From the IMG/VR virus record IMGVR_UViG_3300012148_000003: DNA of 64,000 nt. One strand, written 5' to 3'. This document shows positions 1-9,962 of this stretch, piece after piece; positions within the stretch are counted from its first letter, which is position 1; each line of letters begins with the position of its first letter. The stretch comes from a virus. Below the pieces are notes generated by a model. That model made no database searches, was not told where the DNA came from, and worked only from the letters and a program-made list of their open reading frames with translations. The position numbers were made by a program, and so were the translations under genes.

Positions 1-58
1 GTGGATAGAGCAGTGGCCTCCGGAGCCGCGTGCGGAGGTTCGATTCCTCTCAGACGCA
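1..58 (+). tRNA. tRNA-Arg(CCG), 3' part (5' end is off the window); probable prophage attachment site
   Basis: Anticodon stem GTGGC/GCCGC around loop CTCCGGA (anticodon CCG at 20-22); T-arm GGAGG-TTCGATT-CCTCT; no encoded CCA; the integrase ends about 190 bp downstream. Confidence 0.9.
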
Positions 59-105
59 TTATTTTTTTTGCAATAAAGACCTTTGAACATTCTTTAGTTT
101 TAGCA

Positions 106-177
106 TTTTTACTGGTTTCTGCAAGAAATTCAAGAACCGGAAAATACTTTACTTTACTGTTTTTTACTGGTTTCTGC
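106..177 (+). repeat. 17-bp exact direct repeat TTTTTACTGGTTTCTGC x2 in the att arm
   Basis: Copies at 106-122 and 161-177. Confidence 0.85.
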
Positions 178-184
178 TAAAATA

Positions 185-242
185 ATTAGGGGCAAATTAG
201 GGGCAACAATTAGGGGCATAATTAGGGGCAGAATTAGGGGCA
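185..242 (+). repeat. Five copies of ATTAGGGGCA; probable integrase arm-type sites
   Basis: Copies start at 185, 196, 209, 221 and 233, immediately after the integrase stop. Function is inferred. Confidence 0.8.
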
Positions 243-246
243 GAAT

Positions 247-1434
247 TTAAATGCTTGGAATTTGGGACATAATATTTTTCTTTTGCTCCATTATGACGTG
301 AACATACCTATTATACGTGGTGGAAATATTTCTATGCCCTAGCAAATTACTGACAATGCTTACTTCAACGCCTCTACGAATTAATGTTGAGGCAAAGGTG
401 TGACGCAATCCGTGGATTCCAATTCGTTTAATCCCGGCAGCACCACAAATGCATTCAAGAGTGCGGAATAAATTCCTTTCGGTAATATGATCACCGGATT
501 CTGATGAAATTACATGATTTGTAGATATACCTCTTTCGTTATTATAAGCTTTAATTTGCTCAAGGGCAGTAATTGCCTTTTCATTTAATGGTATTACACG
601 TTTGCTTGATTCCGTCTTTGTTTGTGCAACTAACTTTTCCCGCTTTCCTGCTTTCCAGTTTTTATCTCGTTGTTTGACCAGAGAAAGATTCTTGGAAATC
701 GTACATTCCTTTTTTTCAAAATCGATGGAATCCCAATCCAGAGCCAATGCTTCTCCACATCTAATACCTGTATTCAAGATAAAGACAATAGCCGGAGCAT
801 GCTTGTAAAAATGATTTTCACTTTCGGCAATTGATTTACAGAAATCATAGAGCTTCTTGATTTCATCGTCATCAAATATTACTATTGGCTTGGTTTGTAT
901 TTCCATATTTTCTTCTCTTGGTAATTCTACAGCATCACATGGATTAATGGTAATTGAACCTTTGTTTTTCATATGCTTAAAAAAACCATTTAGAAATTGA
1001 AAAATTTTTTTAATATAAGAATAACTTAGTTCTTGAGATTTCCTATTGATTAATAACTGCAAATCATCACTCGTGATTTGACTCCATGGAATGAAACCTA
1101 ATTCGTCCTTTATATGACACTGATAGGTGGTTTCTATGCGATCCCGTGAACTACTGCGTATTTGTGGAAATTTGTAAGTGTACATCCAATGTTCAGCCAT
1201 TTCCCAAAAGGGAGTATCATCCACTATTTGATTAAATTTCTTGCGGTCAGAGTTATATTCACGAATCTTCCTATTCAATTCCTTTTCTGTTTTAGCCTGT
1301 AGATATTTATACTTGCTTTTACCATTGATTGTTCCCAAAAAGATCTTAAATTCCCAACGCCCATCCTTTTTTAAAGTAATTGTACCTTCGCCATTTCTTC
1401 TTTTCTGTATTTTTGCATTTGTCTCTTCTTTCAT
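247..1434 (-). CDS. int: Tyrosine recombinase (phage integrase)
   Basis: N-terminal arm-binding RRNGEG; catalytic TGIRCGE, HGLRHT, LGH and Y motifs; 395 aa. Confidence 0.95.
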   Translation of the reverse strand: MKEETNAKIQKRRNGEGTITLKKDGRWEFKIFLGTINGKSKYKYLQAKTEKELNRKIREYNSDRKKFNQIVDDTPFWEMAEHWMYTYKFPQIRSSSRDRIETTYQCHIKDELGFIPWSQITSDDLQLLINRKSQELSYSYIKKIFQFLNGFFKHMKNKGSITINPCDAVELPREENMEIQTKPIVIFDDDEIKKLYDFCKSIAESENHFYKHAPAIVFILNTGIRCGEALALDWDSIDFEKKECTISKNLSLVKQRDKNWKAGKREKLVAQTKTESSKRVIPLNEKAITALEQIKAYNNERGISTNHVISSESGDHITERNLFRTLECICGAAGIKRIGIHGLRHTFASTLIRRGVEVSIVSNLLGHRNISTTYNRYVHVIMEQKKNIMSQIPSI

Positions 1435-1498
1435 TATTAGTCATCTCCTTATATGAGGAAATGCTACAAAAATCTATACTTCTTTACTTTGCATGATA

Positions 1499-1507
1499 AT
1501 TATAGCA
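1499..1507 (-). promoter_or_regulatory. Extended -10 promoter (TGcTATAAT) upstream of the integrase
   Basis: Minus-strand TG-C-TATAAT 65 bp upstream of the int start; -35 is poor. Confidence 0.5.
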
Positions 1508-1527
1508 TATTCTCATAGATATCACAC

Positions 1528-1719
1528 TTAGATATTTATGGTTTTTCCTGCATTTTTTGAAAACCACTGGTCTAATTGAGTCTTGGTAATATAATATTTT
1601 TTATTGATTTTTACAACTGGCAACTTACCTGACTGTAAGAAGCGTTTCATTTTATCCCTACCATAACCAAAAATTTCTTGAAGCTCTTCATTACTTAAAT
1701 ATTCTTCTTTAATATCCAT
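1528..1719 (-). CDS. Excisionase-like HTH protein
   Basis: 63 aa with a MerR/Xis-type wHTH pattern (GKLPVVKINKKYYI), next to the integrase. Confidence 0.8.
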   Translation of the reverse strand: MDIKEEYLSNEELQEIFGYGRDKMKRFLQSGKLPVVKINKKYYITKTQLDQWFSKNAGKTINI

Positions 1720-1744
1720 AATTCCTCCGTTATTAATCTATTGT

Positions 1745-1765
1745 AAAGGAGGACTTTCGCCCTCC
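1745..1765 (-). terminator. Intrinsic terminator after dut
   Basis: GGAGGGC-GAAA-GTCCTCC followed by TTT on the minus strand. Confidence 0.7.
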
Positions 1766-1787
1766 AAATGTTATATTCCTTATATAG

Positions 1788-2228
1788 TTACTGTTTCCCT
1801 GTACTACCTACTCCACCACGATTTAGATTATCCAATTTTTCAACTTCATCAAATTGAATAACCGGCTGATGCTCCATAATCCGGAACTGGCAGATCCGGT
1901 CATTCACATGAATTTCCGTATCCCGCAGCGCGTATGCCGGAAAATACCAACAGTCCTGATCACCACAGTAGCTTTCATCGACAACGCCTAAATTATTACT
2001 TTGAATCACACCAAAATTTTTAAATGTACTGCTTCTTGGAACGATATGAGCTTCATACCCTTTGGGCAGTTCCATTGCGACACCAAGAGAGATAAGCTTA
2101 AATTCACCGGCCTTTAAAGTCACATCCTCAGCAGCTCTCAAGTCAATCCAGTCAGATTTCCCATCTATATAACGTAATTTTTCGATTCTATCACTCAAAT
2201 ATTTAATCTTGATATTTTTTGTTAACAT
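1788..2228 (-). CDS. dut: Trimeric dUTPase
   Basis: [21 protein letters not shown] and RGGVGSTG motifs. Confidence 0.95.
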   Translation of the reverse strand: MLTKNIKIKYLSDRIEKLRYIDGKSDWIDLRAAEDVTLKAGEFKLISLGVAMELPKGYEAHIVPRSSTFKNFGVIQSNNLGVVDESYCGDQDCWYFPAYALRDTEIHVNDRICQFRIMEHQPVIQFDEVEKLDNLNRGGVGSTGKQ

Positions 2229-2237
2229 TCCTTCTCC

Positions 2238-2933
2238 TTACTCATAACAATATGTATGTTTGTCTGTCTTTAAATATATACCACTGCCTTGTTTGAATCC
2301 GGCTTGATATACTACATTTGGCGGCATTACACTGCCATTCTCAAGAATAAATCTTGCATTCTCCCAATTTCTCTCTGTAGGAGTTCTATTGTAGTTCCCG
2401 TCCCAAGTACAAGCATACTGTCCTTTTTGGAATACAATCTTTTTAATAGTTGTACCGGGAAAGCTTCTATTATTGCTGTTCATCCTATTTAGTATTACAC
2501 TGGCCACAAGCCTCTGCTCATAATCAGAATATGTATGACATTCACCAGTCAGAGCATGAGTTAGTATATATAGGTCATCTTCAGTATAATCGTGCCTTGC
2601 AAATTGAGTATCATGTAGTAAATCTCCTCTTATATAAGCGGTACACCCTTCCAACTGCACCAAATCCCATATTTCTTCACCATTCAGAACTTCACCAATC
2701 ACTAAGATTGGATTGCTTGGACTTAATTTTCCAATAATATCACTCTCCGTACTTGGCTCTTGTCTGATATTTATCGTACTTGTCGCATATTTGTATCGTG
2801 CTGCAAATTCATCCGTAGATGATTCCTGTGCCGTTGCAGCTTCGGTTTTTATTAATGTGTCTGCCTGTACTAAGACAGGACAAAGGGTTGATAAAGTTAC
2901 TGTCGCAAAAATTGTATATATTATTTTTCTCAT
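2238..2933 (-). CDS. Secreted SH3b + SleB-like cell wall hydrolase
   Basis: Start moved to ATG 2933 (GGAAGG RBS, signal peptide MRKIIYTIF...VQA); SH3b INIRQEPS; Hydrolase_2 pattern GE..VASVILNR..FP.TI..IVFQKGQY. Confidence 0.8.
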   Translation of the reverse strand: MRKIIYTIFATVTLSTLCPVLVQADTLIKTEAATAQESSTDEFAARYKYATSTINIRQEPSTESDIIGKLSPSNPILVIGEVLNGEEIWDLVQLEGCTAYIRGDLLHDTQFARHDYTEDDLYILTHALTGECHTYSDYEQRLVASVILNRMNSNNRSFPGTTIKKIVFQKGQYACTWDGNYNRTPTERNWENARFILENGSVMPPNVVYQAGFKQGSGIYLKTDKHTYCYE

Positions 2934-3030
2934 TATTATCCTTCCAAATTTTAGAAGGACTACCGGTAATCCTATTCTTTCATATGTTTTGTCCTCATAT
3001 GTTTGCAACCACATGAGATCTGATTATTTC

Positions 3031-3363
3031 TTATTTATTTTTTGCTGTTCTTTTGTACAATATCTTTTTCTGTACTAATGAGTTGATGATCTTATCTAAA
3101 TCTTCTATTAACTTTTTAACCACAAGATTATTTATCACATCGCCTTGGTAGAATTGATGATAGAAGCTGCCAGTATTCACATCAATCACATCGTACGTAA
3201 GTTCTCCACTATTAATATCAATATAGATTTTTATCTTTATCATGTTTGAACGACAATATTTTTCCAAAACATAATAATCAGATCCATAACTTCTCAGTCC
3301 ATTCTCCATTAGCACTTTACTGCTTAAATTCTTTACTAATCTGAATTCATTATAATCTCTCAT
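3031..3363 (-). CDS. Hypothetical phage protein
   Basis: Co-oriented ORF tightly packed in the operon. Confidence 0.65.
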   Translation of the reverse strand: MRDYNEFRLVKNLSSKVLMENGLRSYGSDYYVLEKYCRSNMIKIKIYIDINSGELTYDVIDVNTGSFYHQFYQGDVINNLVVKKLIEDLDKIINSLVQKKILYKRTAKNK

Positions 3364-3579
3364 TTAATCAATCCCCTCTATGAACACTGATGTCACATTA
3401 GTTACAAATGATTTCTTTGACGGTTGACTTGTATCCTTTACCAAAATATCTCCTGTTTCTAATGATATAACTTCCAATAATTTAAAAGGAAAGTATGAGT
3501 CTGGTGAATAGGTATCTTGATCACCAAAACCAGTACCACGTAGTATTGTTGACAATCGTTTTGTGATTGTATTATCCAT
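3364..3579 (-). CDS. Hypothetical phage protein
   Basis: Likely start ATG 3579 (MDNTITKRL), just after the nrdG stop; the longer track ORF overlaps nrdG. Confidence 0.6.
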   Translation of the reverse strand: MDNTITKRLSTILRGTGFGDQDTYSPDSYFPFKLLEVISLETGDILVKDTSQPSKKSFVTNVTSVFIEGID

Positions 3580-3580
3580 A

Positions 3581-4054
3581 TTATGATATCCTCTCTGCAT
3601 ATTGGTTATCAGAAGCCAACCAGATACCCAATAAATCATCATAACGCTTAATACTATCCGGACTAAATCTTCCAAATTTTACAATGATATTGGGATACTT
3701 TGATAATTCATTAATTTCGTCAAGAATCTCCTCCACATCGTATCCAGTATAAATTATTATATCGTCATTTGATACTTCACGAATTTTACACACTAAACGC
3801 ATTAGTGAATAATATGTGTCGAATGGTTCTAATCCGCTACAAACAATAGCTGTTGTAAGATTATTATTTAAATATCGTTCAATTATTCTGTCTGTGCTTA
3901 TATTGATATCTTTTGCAGAAGCAAGTGCACTATTTTGGCACACTTGACTTCCACATTCAATATCACATTTAAAAGAACAATAAGGAAAAAATAATATCAT
4001 AGAAGCTTTTTTATAATTAGAAAAATCTTCATCAATAAGTCCTTTTAAAATCAT
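3581..4054 (-). CDS. nrdG: Anaerobic RNR activase (radical SAM)
   Basis: CSFKC...CQN cluster motif, SGLEP, IIIYTGY, S.NQ; adjacent to nrdD. Confidence 0.85.
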   Translation of the reverse strand: MILKGLIDEDFSNYKKASMILFFPYCSFKCDIECGSQVCQNSALASAKDINISTDRIIERYLNNNLTTAIVCSGLEPFDTYYSLMRLVCKIREVSNDDIIIYTGYDVEEILDEINELSKYPNIIVKFGRFSPDSIKRYDDLLGIWLASDNQYAERIS

Positions 4055-4065
4055 AGTTTCAACCT

Positions 4066-5994
4066 CTAATCTTTCTTCATATCAGCATAAGAGTACCACT
4101 GTCTTGTAGAAAATTCTCTTTTTCTATCCTTGGAATAAGTTCTCACTGGCTCAAGGAACCCGACGATTCTTTGATATGTATCCATTATTCCACAGCTACA
4201 AATTGGGCAAATATCAGTTCCTACAAAACCATGGTGATTTTCGCATTCATTTATCCTTGTGTTAAATGCAAAATATATAACTCCTGATTTAGCAATTTTG
4301 TTTAACATATCCCAAGCAACATCTTTATTAGGGAAGTTATTATCAAGGTTAATGTGAGCAATTGCCCCACCAGAGCATTTAATATCCAATATAGAACTCA
4401 GCCTTAATTTTTCTTGAATTGTACATTTTTCTGATAACGGAATCCATTGATTAGAATAAATAAATCCATCTTTCTCTTCATAAAGCAAATTATCTTTTTG
4501 ACAAAGTATTACCGCCGCCCGTTCCGCAGGTACACTCTCAACATTAAATGAATAATTATCAGTAAAATTATCTTTAATGTTATTGATTGTTTCAAAAATC
4601 AATGAAGCAAATTCAATCCCCTCATTATTATAATAGATGTTTTCAAACTTATCTTTATATGTAAACCCAAAAGATTCAATCACCTCAAACAAACCAAGAA
4701 TTCCAATTGTACAATATTGCTTGTCTAATTCAACTCCTCCATCACAATAGTTTGGTAGTAATCCTTTTTCAACATTACGAGAAATAATATGTCGAATTAC
4801 ATCTAATACTTTACAACACAAAAGTACCCGTTTTTTTAGCAATGAGATATATTTCTTTTTGTCAAAATTTGCTTCGAATGCTATTCTCATCAGATTGATT
4901 GTATTGACTTTGACAGATCCTATTGATAATGCAGTGCCACCAATTGAATTTATGAATCCATTTAATTTAGTGCTGTCACTTAAAAGCCGACAACAATTAG
5001 ACAATACTCCTACATTATCACTCATGAAAAAGTTACTATCATTCCAAGCTGTGTTATGATCTGAACACCACCTTGCAAATTCCTGGTCAACGAAATTATC
5101 CTTCTCATTCTTAAGTAATGAATATGTAAGTACCGGAAAAGTGAATAGGTTTTCGCTACGAATATCAGATACAATCTCCATAAATACTTTTTGATGATCA
5201 ATTAGTTCATCTACATAATCAATAGCGTATGTTCCATCTGGAAATTCAACACCACCAAATAAACCTTCAATATATGGTCTGTCAAATATTGATACATTGA
5301 CGAACGCCGACTGGTCAATTCTCATGAATGGCTGATTCAATCTGTAAATCAGCTTTTGAAATGATTGTCTTATATAATAGTCTGGATTTCTAATTACATA
5401 ATTTTCGTTACAATCCTTTTTCCAGAAATAAAATGTCCATAAAAGAAGATTAGGGATACCACATGCACCAGAGCTTCTATTACTCATAAATGAAATAAAT
5501 TCAATTACATCATCTATAAACGTTGTAAGATGTTTTGGAGGTTGATTATTATAATTTTCTAAAAAGAATAATCCTTCCTTTGCTAATCTTGTTAAATCAT
5601 ATGCATAACAATAAGGCATATATGTAGCTGTTGATGAGTCATGTAAATAGTAAGATCCATTATATTCACAATCTAACCACTCCTTTGCGCTTTTTAAACC
5701 ATATTTTTTCTTCATTTCATAGAAAATTTTATTAAACGCAAACAACTTGTCTTCTGATTTACCTTTTTCACTCATCATACTTCTAATATCTTTGTGTGAA
5801 GCATTTGCATTACTATCTATGGTAACATCAGTCACATTATTATCCACAAAACCGTCAATAAAATCAGAGAAATTTAATTGTGATTCATGAAAACCATTCA
5901 AGATTTCAAAGTCTTCTCCGTACTTGCTGCTTAATGCCATATATGTTCTTTCAAAATCCTTATTTACCTTAATAGGTATATTCATCATAATCAA
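4066..5994 (-). CDS. nrdD: Class III anaerobic ribonucleotide reductase without ATP cone
   Basis: NCCRL active-site cysteines, ESVPAE, C-terminal Zn site and glycyl-radical RIVGF motif. Confidence 0.93.
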   Translation of the reverse strand: MIMMNIPIKVNKDFERTYMALSSKYGEDFEILNGFHESQLNFSDFIDGFVDNNVTDVTIDSNANASHKDIRSMMSEKGKSEDKLFAFNKIFYEMKKKYGLKSAKEWLDCEYNGSYYLHDSSTATYMPYCYAYDLTRLAKEGLFFLENYNNQPPKHLTTFIDDVIEFISFMSNRSSGACGIPNLLLWTFYFWKKDCNENYVIRNPDYYIRQSFQKLIYRLNQPFMRIDQSAFVNVSIFDRPYIEGLFGGVEFPDGTYAIDYVDELIDHQKVFMEIVSDIRSENLFTFPVLTYSLLKNEKDNFVDQEFARWCSDHNTAWNDSNFFMSDNVGVLSNCCRLLSDSTKLNGFINSIGGTALSIGSVKVNTINLMRIAFEANFDKKKYISLLKKRVLLCCKVLDVIRHIISRNVEKGLLPNYCDGGVELDKQYCTIGILGLFEVIESFGFTYKDKFENIYYNNEGIEFASLIFETINNIKDNFTDNYSFNVESVPAERAAVILCQKDNLLYEEKDGFIYSNQWIPLSEKCTIQEKLRLSSILDIKCSGGAIAHINLDNNFPNKDVAWDMLNKIAKSGVIYFAFNTRINECENHHGFVGTDICPICSCGIMDTYQRIVGFLEPVRTYSKDRKREFSTRQWYSYADMKKD

Positions 5995-6005
5995 ATATCC
6001 TCACT

Positions 6006-6206
6006 TTATATACTATTTATCCAGTTATTTGCTTTGCTGTAATTCATTACAACTCCATCAACCTCAAGCATAGGAGCTTGCATAAATCCTTTTTCTGTCA
6101 TAATTTCAATATCATTGACTTCCGTATATCCAATATTTTTTGCTTTTAATTTTTTCTCAAGAACAATGCAATTACGACAATGTGTTGAATATAATATTAC
6201 ATTCAT
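6006..6206 (-). CDS. Glutaredoxin/NrdH-like redoxin
   Basis: YSTHCRNC CxxC motif, QAP, 66 aa, directly upstream of nrdD. Confidence 0.85.
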   Translation of the reverse strand: MNVILYSTHCRNCIVLEKKLKAKNIGYTEVNDIEIMTEKGFMQAPMLEVDGVVMNYSKANNWINSI

Positions 6207-6226
6207 TTTTGTGCACCACCCTTTCT

Positions 6227-6415
6227 TTACTGTTTAACATACCCTTGACCGCCATCGCGAAGCTTCATAGTAATATGTCTTCCATTTTGCGTTAATTCAG
6301 CAACCACAAATTCCATCTCTTTCCCGTTCTCATCTGTATATGAAGCAATGAGAAAATTCTCTTCCATTTTATTTAATTCTTGTTTTAACATTCTGCTTGT
6401 CGTTATGTAGTTCAA
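6227..6415 (-). CDS. Hypothetical protein
   Basis: Co-oriented short ORF in the operon. Confidence 0.55.
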   Translation of the reverse strand: MNYITTSRMLKQELNKMEENFLIASYTDENGKEMEFVVAELTQNGRHITMKLRDGGQGYVKQ

Positions 6416-6419
6416 TTTC

Positions 6420-7004
6420 TCACACCTCTAACCTTTCTCCTGTCATATATTCTCCAAAATCTAACCAGCTGTAACATCTAGTTCCCATCCATTTTTCGTT
6501 CCATTTGTATTCATCCCCAAAGCATATTGCTTCAATTGCGTTGCTTGTTCTTAGATTTCTATAATCGTCATCTAATAGAATCCCGTCTGACATATCAATA
6601 TGTGACTTATCTGAATATATTTTCTCATCAACACCAATGAATTTTACTTCTGGCAAATTTTCATTAAACCATTTTGTTTTTAAATCTAAATTTTCCTTTA
6701 CTCCCATGCTTGGAATTTTAATCTTATAAAACTGTGATAACCATTCTATCACTTCCTTCGCATAGTACATAAATTCTATCCGTTCAAATAATCTTGGATC
6801 GCAAAAATATTCATGTATTTGTTCTACGCTGGCACAGTTGCATTCAGTGAAGTCCCAACTATTTATATCAGTCCACTCTATATAATGAAATCCTTTATGG
6901 GTAGCAAAATCTTCATTATATAAGTCAACCACACATTTTGGTGTGTTCCCAATTGTATTATCAAAATCTAAATACAGCGTCTTAATGTCTTTGTTTTTCA
7001 GCAT
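6420..7004 (-). CDS. 5'(3')-deoxyribonucleotidase (HAD family)
   Basis: LDFDNT DxD motif; K, LLDD and W motifs. Confidence 0.85.
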   Translation of the reverse strand: MLKNKDIKTLYLDFDNTIGNTPKCVVDLYNEDFATHKGFHYIEWTDINSWDFTECNCASVEQIHEYFCDPRLFERIEFMYYAKEVIEWLSQFYKIKIPSMGVKENLDLKTKWFNENLPEVKFIGVDEKIYSDKSHIDMSDGILLDDDYRNLRTSNAIEAICFGDEYKWNEKWMGTRCYSWLDFGEYMTGERLEV

Positions 7005-7567
7005 TTATCCTCCTGTTTTTTTGCGTTTTCTTTTATCAAGGTCATAATCTTATCAACCACTGATGTTATATCGGTGCCATCATTGTTATAAACAATCTTG
7101 TCTGCTTCTGATTGGAATCCATTAAAATCTATAGAGTCCTGATCAAATCTTCTTTTTGCTTCAATAGGATTATCTCCACGTTTAACCAATCGCTGTTTGA
7201 TTGTTGTATTATTGGCAAAGATGTATAAGACAAAAATATTATCACTCATCTCTGCTTTAACTGCTCTCACTCCTGCCGGAGTAAGTATTATTACCATGTC
7301 TTCATCAGCAGTGATAATTTCTTGTAGCGGGGAACCATACCACCAATCACCCAGTTTTGTATGATAGACTTGATGCTCTGCAAAAAATCCATCTTGAACT
7401 TTCTGTTCAAATTCTTCATCACTTATGTAATGATACGTTACGTCTTGAATCTCACCGGGACGAATAGGCCGTGTCGTATATGTAATAATGCGTTTATAAC
7501 CTTTATTCAATAATTCATTCAAAATTGTATCTTTGCCTGAAGCTGCCTTACCAGAAATGCTTATCAT
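6998..7567 (-). CDS. gmk: Guanylate kinase-like protein
   Basis: SGKAASGKDT P-loop, TYTTRPIRPGE, YHYIS, WWYGS. Confidence 0.9.
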   Translation of the reverse strand: MISISGKAASGKDTILNELLNKGYKRIITYTTRPIRPGEIQDVTYHYISDEEFEQKVQDGFFAEHQVYHTKLGDWWYGSPLQEIITADEDMVIILTPAGVRAVKAEMSDNIFVLYIFANNTTIKQRLVKRGDNPIEAKRRFDQDSIDFNGFQSEADKIVYNNDGTDITSVVDKIMTLIKENAKKQEDKC

Positions 7568-7569
7568 AA

Positions 7570-8241
7570 TTACACCTCAATGTCATCAAAAACAACTGGA
7601 ATCAACTGCTTTAATTCTTTAAGTAATGGGATAGTTACTTCTCTCATTTGTGGATGAGCTGTACATGGAACTCTTAGCTTAAAGAAGTTTCTCCATTCTC
7701 TGTAATTTGCAGAGATGGTGATTTCAGTTTTAGTACTATTGGGCAATACACTTCTTGCAATCTGAGGCGTTGCCCCTAAATTTAGCATATTCATATAACG
7801 GCGTTCTGCTTCCATACAGGCCATTTTCCACTCATTAAGAATCATGTCAATTTCTTTTGCTTTTAAGGATTGCATATTTTTATCCAATTTAATTCCATTT
7901 TCAAGGTCAATGTAAGTACATTCTGATCCAAATTTATCTTTTGCGTAATTGCAATACCGTGTACTTTCTTGAGCAAAAGAAGCAATTCTATGTCTTACAA
8001 GTTCATGTGAAACGCCTCTATCTACAATGAATTTAACTGCTAAATTAGAATGTTCAATCATTGCCTCATGTCCGTTTTTGATTAACATTTTAACAAATCT
8101 CTTTGCTGACTCACCATCTTCGGTAATAGCATCTTCTGATTTATAGCAAACACGTCCGATTTTTTCGATGTGTTTTAATTCTTCAATACATCCATTAGAA
8201 ATTGAAGATAAAATTTCATAACTTGCATTTAATTTATTCAT
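7570..8241 (-). CDS. thyX: Flavin-dependent thymidylate synthase
   Basis: SHELVRHRIASFAQESTRY signature; ARSVLP; AHPQMR. Confidence 0.95.
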   Translation of the reverse strand: MNKLNASYEILSSISNGCIEELKHIEKIGRVCYKSEDAITEDGESAKRFVKMLIKNGHEAMIEHSNLAVKFIVDRGVSHELVRHRIASFAQESTRYCNYAKDKFGSECTYIDLENGIKLDKNMQSLKAKEIDMILNEWKMACMEAERRYMNMLNLGATPQIARSVLPNSTKTEITISANYREWRNFFKLRVPCTAHPQMREVTIPLLKELKQLIPVVFDDIEV

Positions 8242-8681
8242 TATTTAATTTCCTTTCTTGTATCCAATTTTACATAATCACATAGGTCATACATATCTGC
8301 TTTTTCTTTCCAGTTCAAAATTGTATGATAAAGTATTTCTGCTTCTTCATCTGATACGAATTCTGTAGCAAATAAATTATCTTTATATCTGTTTATAAGA
8401 GACTCAGATTTGTCATAATCAATCTTACTCATTTGTTTAAGATATTCAAAATATTCTTTTGTTACTTTAACATATTCTTCTTCAGTGAAGTCACCAAAAT
8501 AATCATCAAGGTTTTTTTCCAGAAAAATGCAACCAGTCGTATATGCTTCTAATCTCTTTTCCATTAAAGTAGAAAGAGATTTACTTATTTCTTCCATTTC
8601 TTGAGATACAAGTGTATCTATTGTCTCTTTTAATTTCTCCGTTGTAGTAATTGGTTTGTATTTGTAATCAAAATTCTTCAT
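8241..8681 (-). CDS. Hypothetical protein
   Basis: Co-oriented ORF overlapping the thyX start. Confidence 0.65.
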   Translation of the reverse strand: MKNFDYKYKPITTTEKLKETIDTLVSQEMEEISKSLSTLMEKRLEAYTTGCIFLEKNLDDYFGDFTEEEYVKVTKEYFEYLKQMSKIDYDKSESLINRYKDNLFATEFVSDEEAEILYHTILNWKEKADMYDLCDYVKLDTRKEIK

Positions 8682-8748
8682 TTTTTATTCTCCTTATATC
8701 TATTAAAATCCGAATTTCATCTATCACAGCCACATATTTATCCTAAAC

Positions 8749-9267
8749 CTATGGTGTCATAAGTGTCATAAATAATTCATCTATTTCCTTACGAAATAAT
8801 TCTAAACAATGCCATGCATTTTTCTCAGATGAAAAATATGTGCAATCTATATGATGTCTCACCATATTGTGGTCTACACCTAGCATGTGATGTGCATGGT
8901 CATAAATAATGTAATATTTGTTAGAATATCTGTTTTCCCAATTCACCGGCTCGTCATTCTGTGCTTGCCACCTTCTAATTTTTCTTCCTAGTATTTCTCT
9001 TTTATTTTCCAATAGAGCAAAATCCTTATCATTGAAATAGTTTGCCTTAGTGTAGCGTTCATTATCTACCAGCATATAATCATCAATATTCCACATAACA
9101 TTATTACGATCATCTATGTAATAATAAATTCTCTTTTCTAGAACTCTATCATAAGGTGCATAAGGTGTTTTCTCTTTCTTATCTAATTTTTCATTATCTG
9201 TAATTGACTCTAAGGGAACTAAACCAAATTCCTTGCCGTCAATTGTAATTGTTCCTTCAATTTTCAC
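8749..9267 (-). CDS. Hypothetical phage protein
   Basis: 172-aa ORF with GGAGG RBS. Confidence 0.7.
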   Translation of the reverse strand: MKIEGTITIDGKEFGLVPLESITDNEKLDKKEKTPYAPYDRVLEKRIYYYIDDRNNVMWNIDDYMLVDNERYTKANYFNDKDFALLENKREILGRKIRRWQAQNDEPVNWENRYSNKYYIIYDHAHHMLGVDHNMVRHHIDCTYFSSEKNAWHCLELFRKEIDELFMTLMTP

Positions 9268-9609
9268 TTTATTTCCTCCATATTTAAAATTTTTTCGTCA
9301 TCAAATATTATTTCCGTTTACTCATAAACAAAGTTATAAGAATGGGCAGAGGCCAGCTTCAAATATGTTGTTAAGTTCCTCCTATTTTCTGTTTAATCTT
9401 CTCCATACATACAAATCTCATTCATATACTTACATTTGTAACAATAATCATCGAGCCAATTTATCCAGTCTGTTTGTGACATTGTTTTATAATGATTTGC
9501 TGCCATCCAAAATTCCTGATATCCAAAACCACATGTACCTGACATATCTGCTTTTTCTATTGTTTGCATTATTATGCTCCTTCCTAATAAAATGTCACTT
9601 TGTTTCCTT

Positions 9610-9942
9610 TTAGAAATTACAGTTAAACTCTTTTTCGAATAATTCCGGATTATCTAAACGTATATCCTCAATAAGCCCTCTTGCATATATCGCTTCTGGA
9701 ATATCACGATACGTAAATATTTTATTATACCCTTTTGCACCAACCGAATAATCTGTTTCCTTTGCAATTTTTTCTTTTAAATAATCAGCATAACCATTGT
9801 AAATCATACTTCTACCAGAGCCTCGTGGCATATAAATATCATCCCCTCTGATAATGTGTTTTAAAAATTCTTTTTGGTAATCAAATAATTCAATCTTGCT
9901 TTTTTCTTCTATGTATTTAACAACATCATTTAATTCTATCAT
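9610..9942 (-). CDS. Small protein resembling a helicase/terminase N-terminal fragment
   Basis: ELFDYQKEFL and MPRGSGRS (degenerate Walker A). Confidence 0.5.
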   Translation of the reverse strand: MIELNDVVKYIEEKSKIELFDYQKEFLKHIIRGDDIYMPRGSGRSMIYNGYADYLKEKIAKETDYSVGAKGYNKIFTYRDIPEAIYARGLIEDIRLDNPELFEKEFNCNF

Positions 9943-9962
9943 TTAGTTTTTTCTCCTTTTAA

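Noticed and set aside
185-242. CRISPR array
   Set aside because: Units are 10-11 bp with 1-3 nt between them; no spacers and no cas genes.
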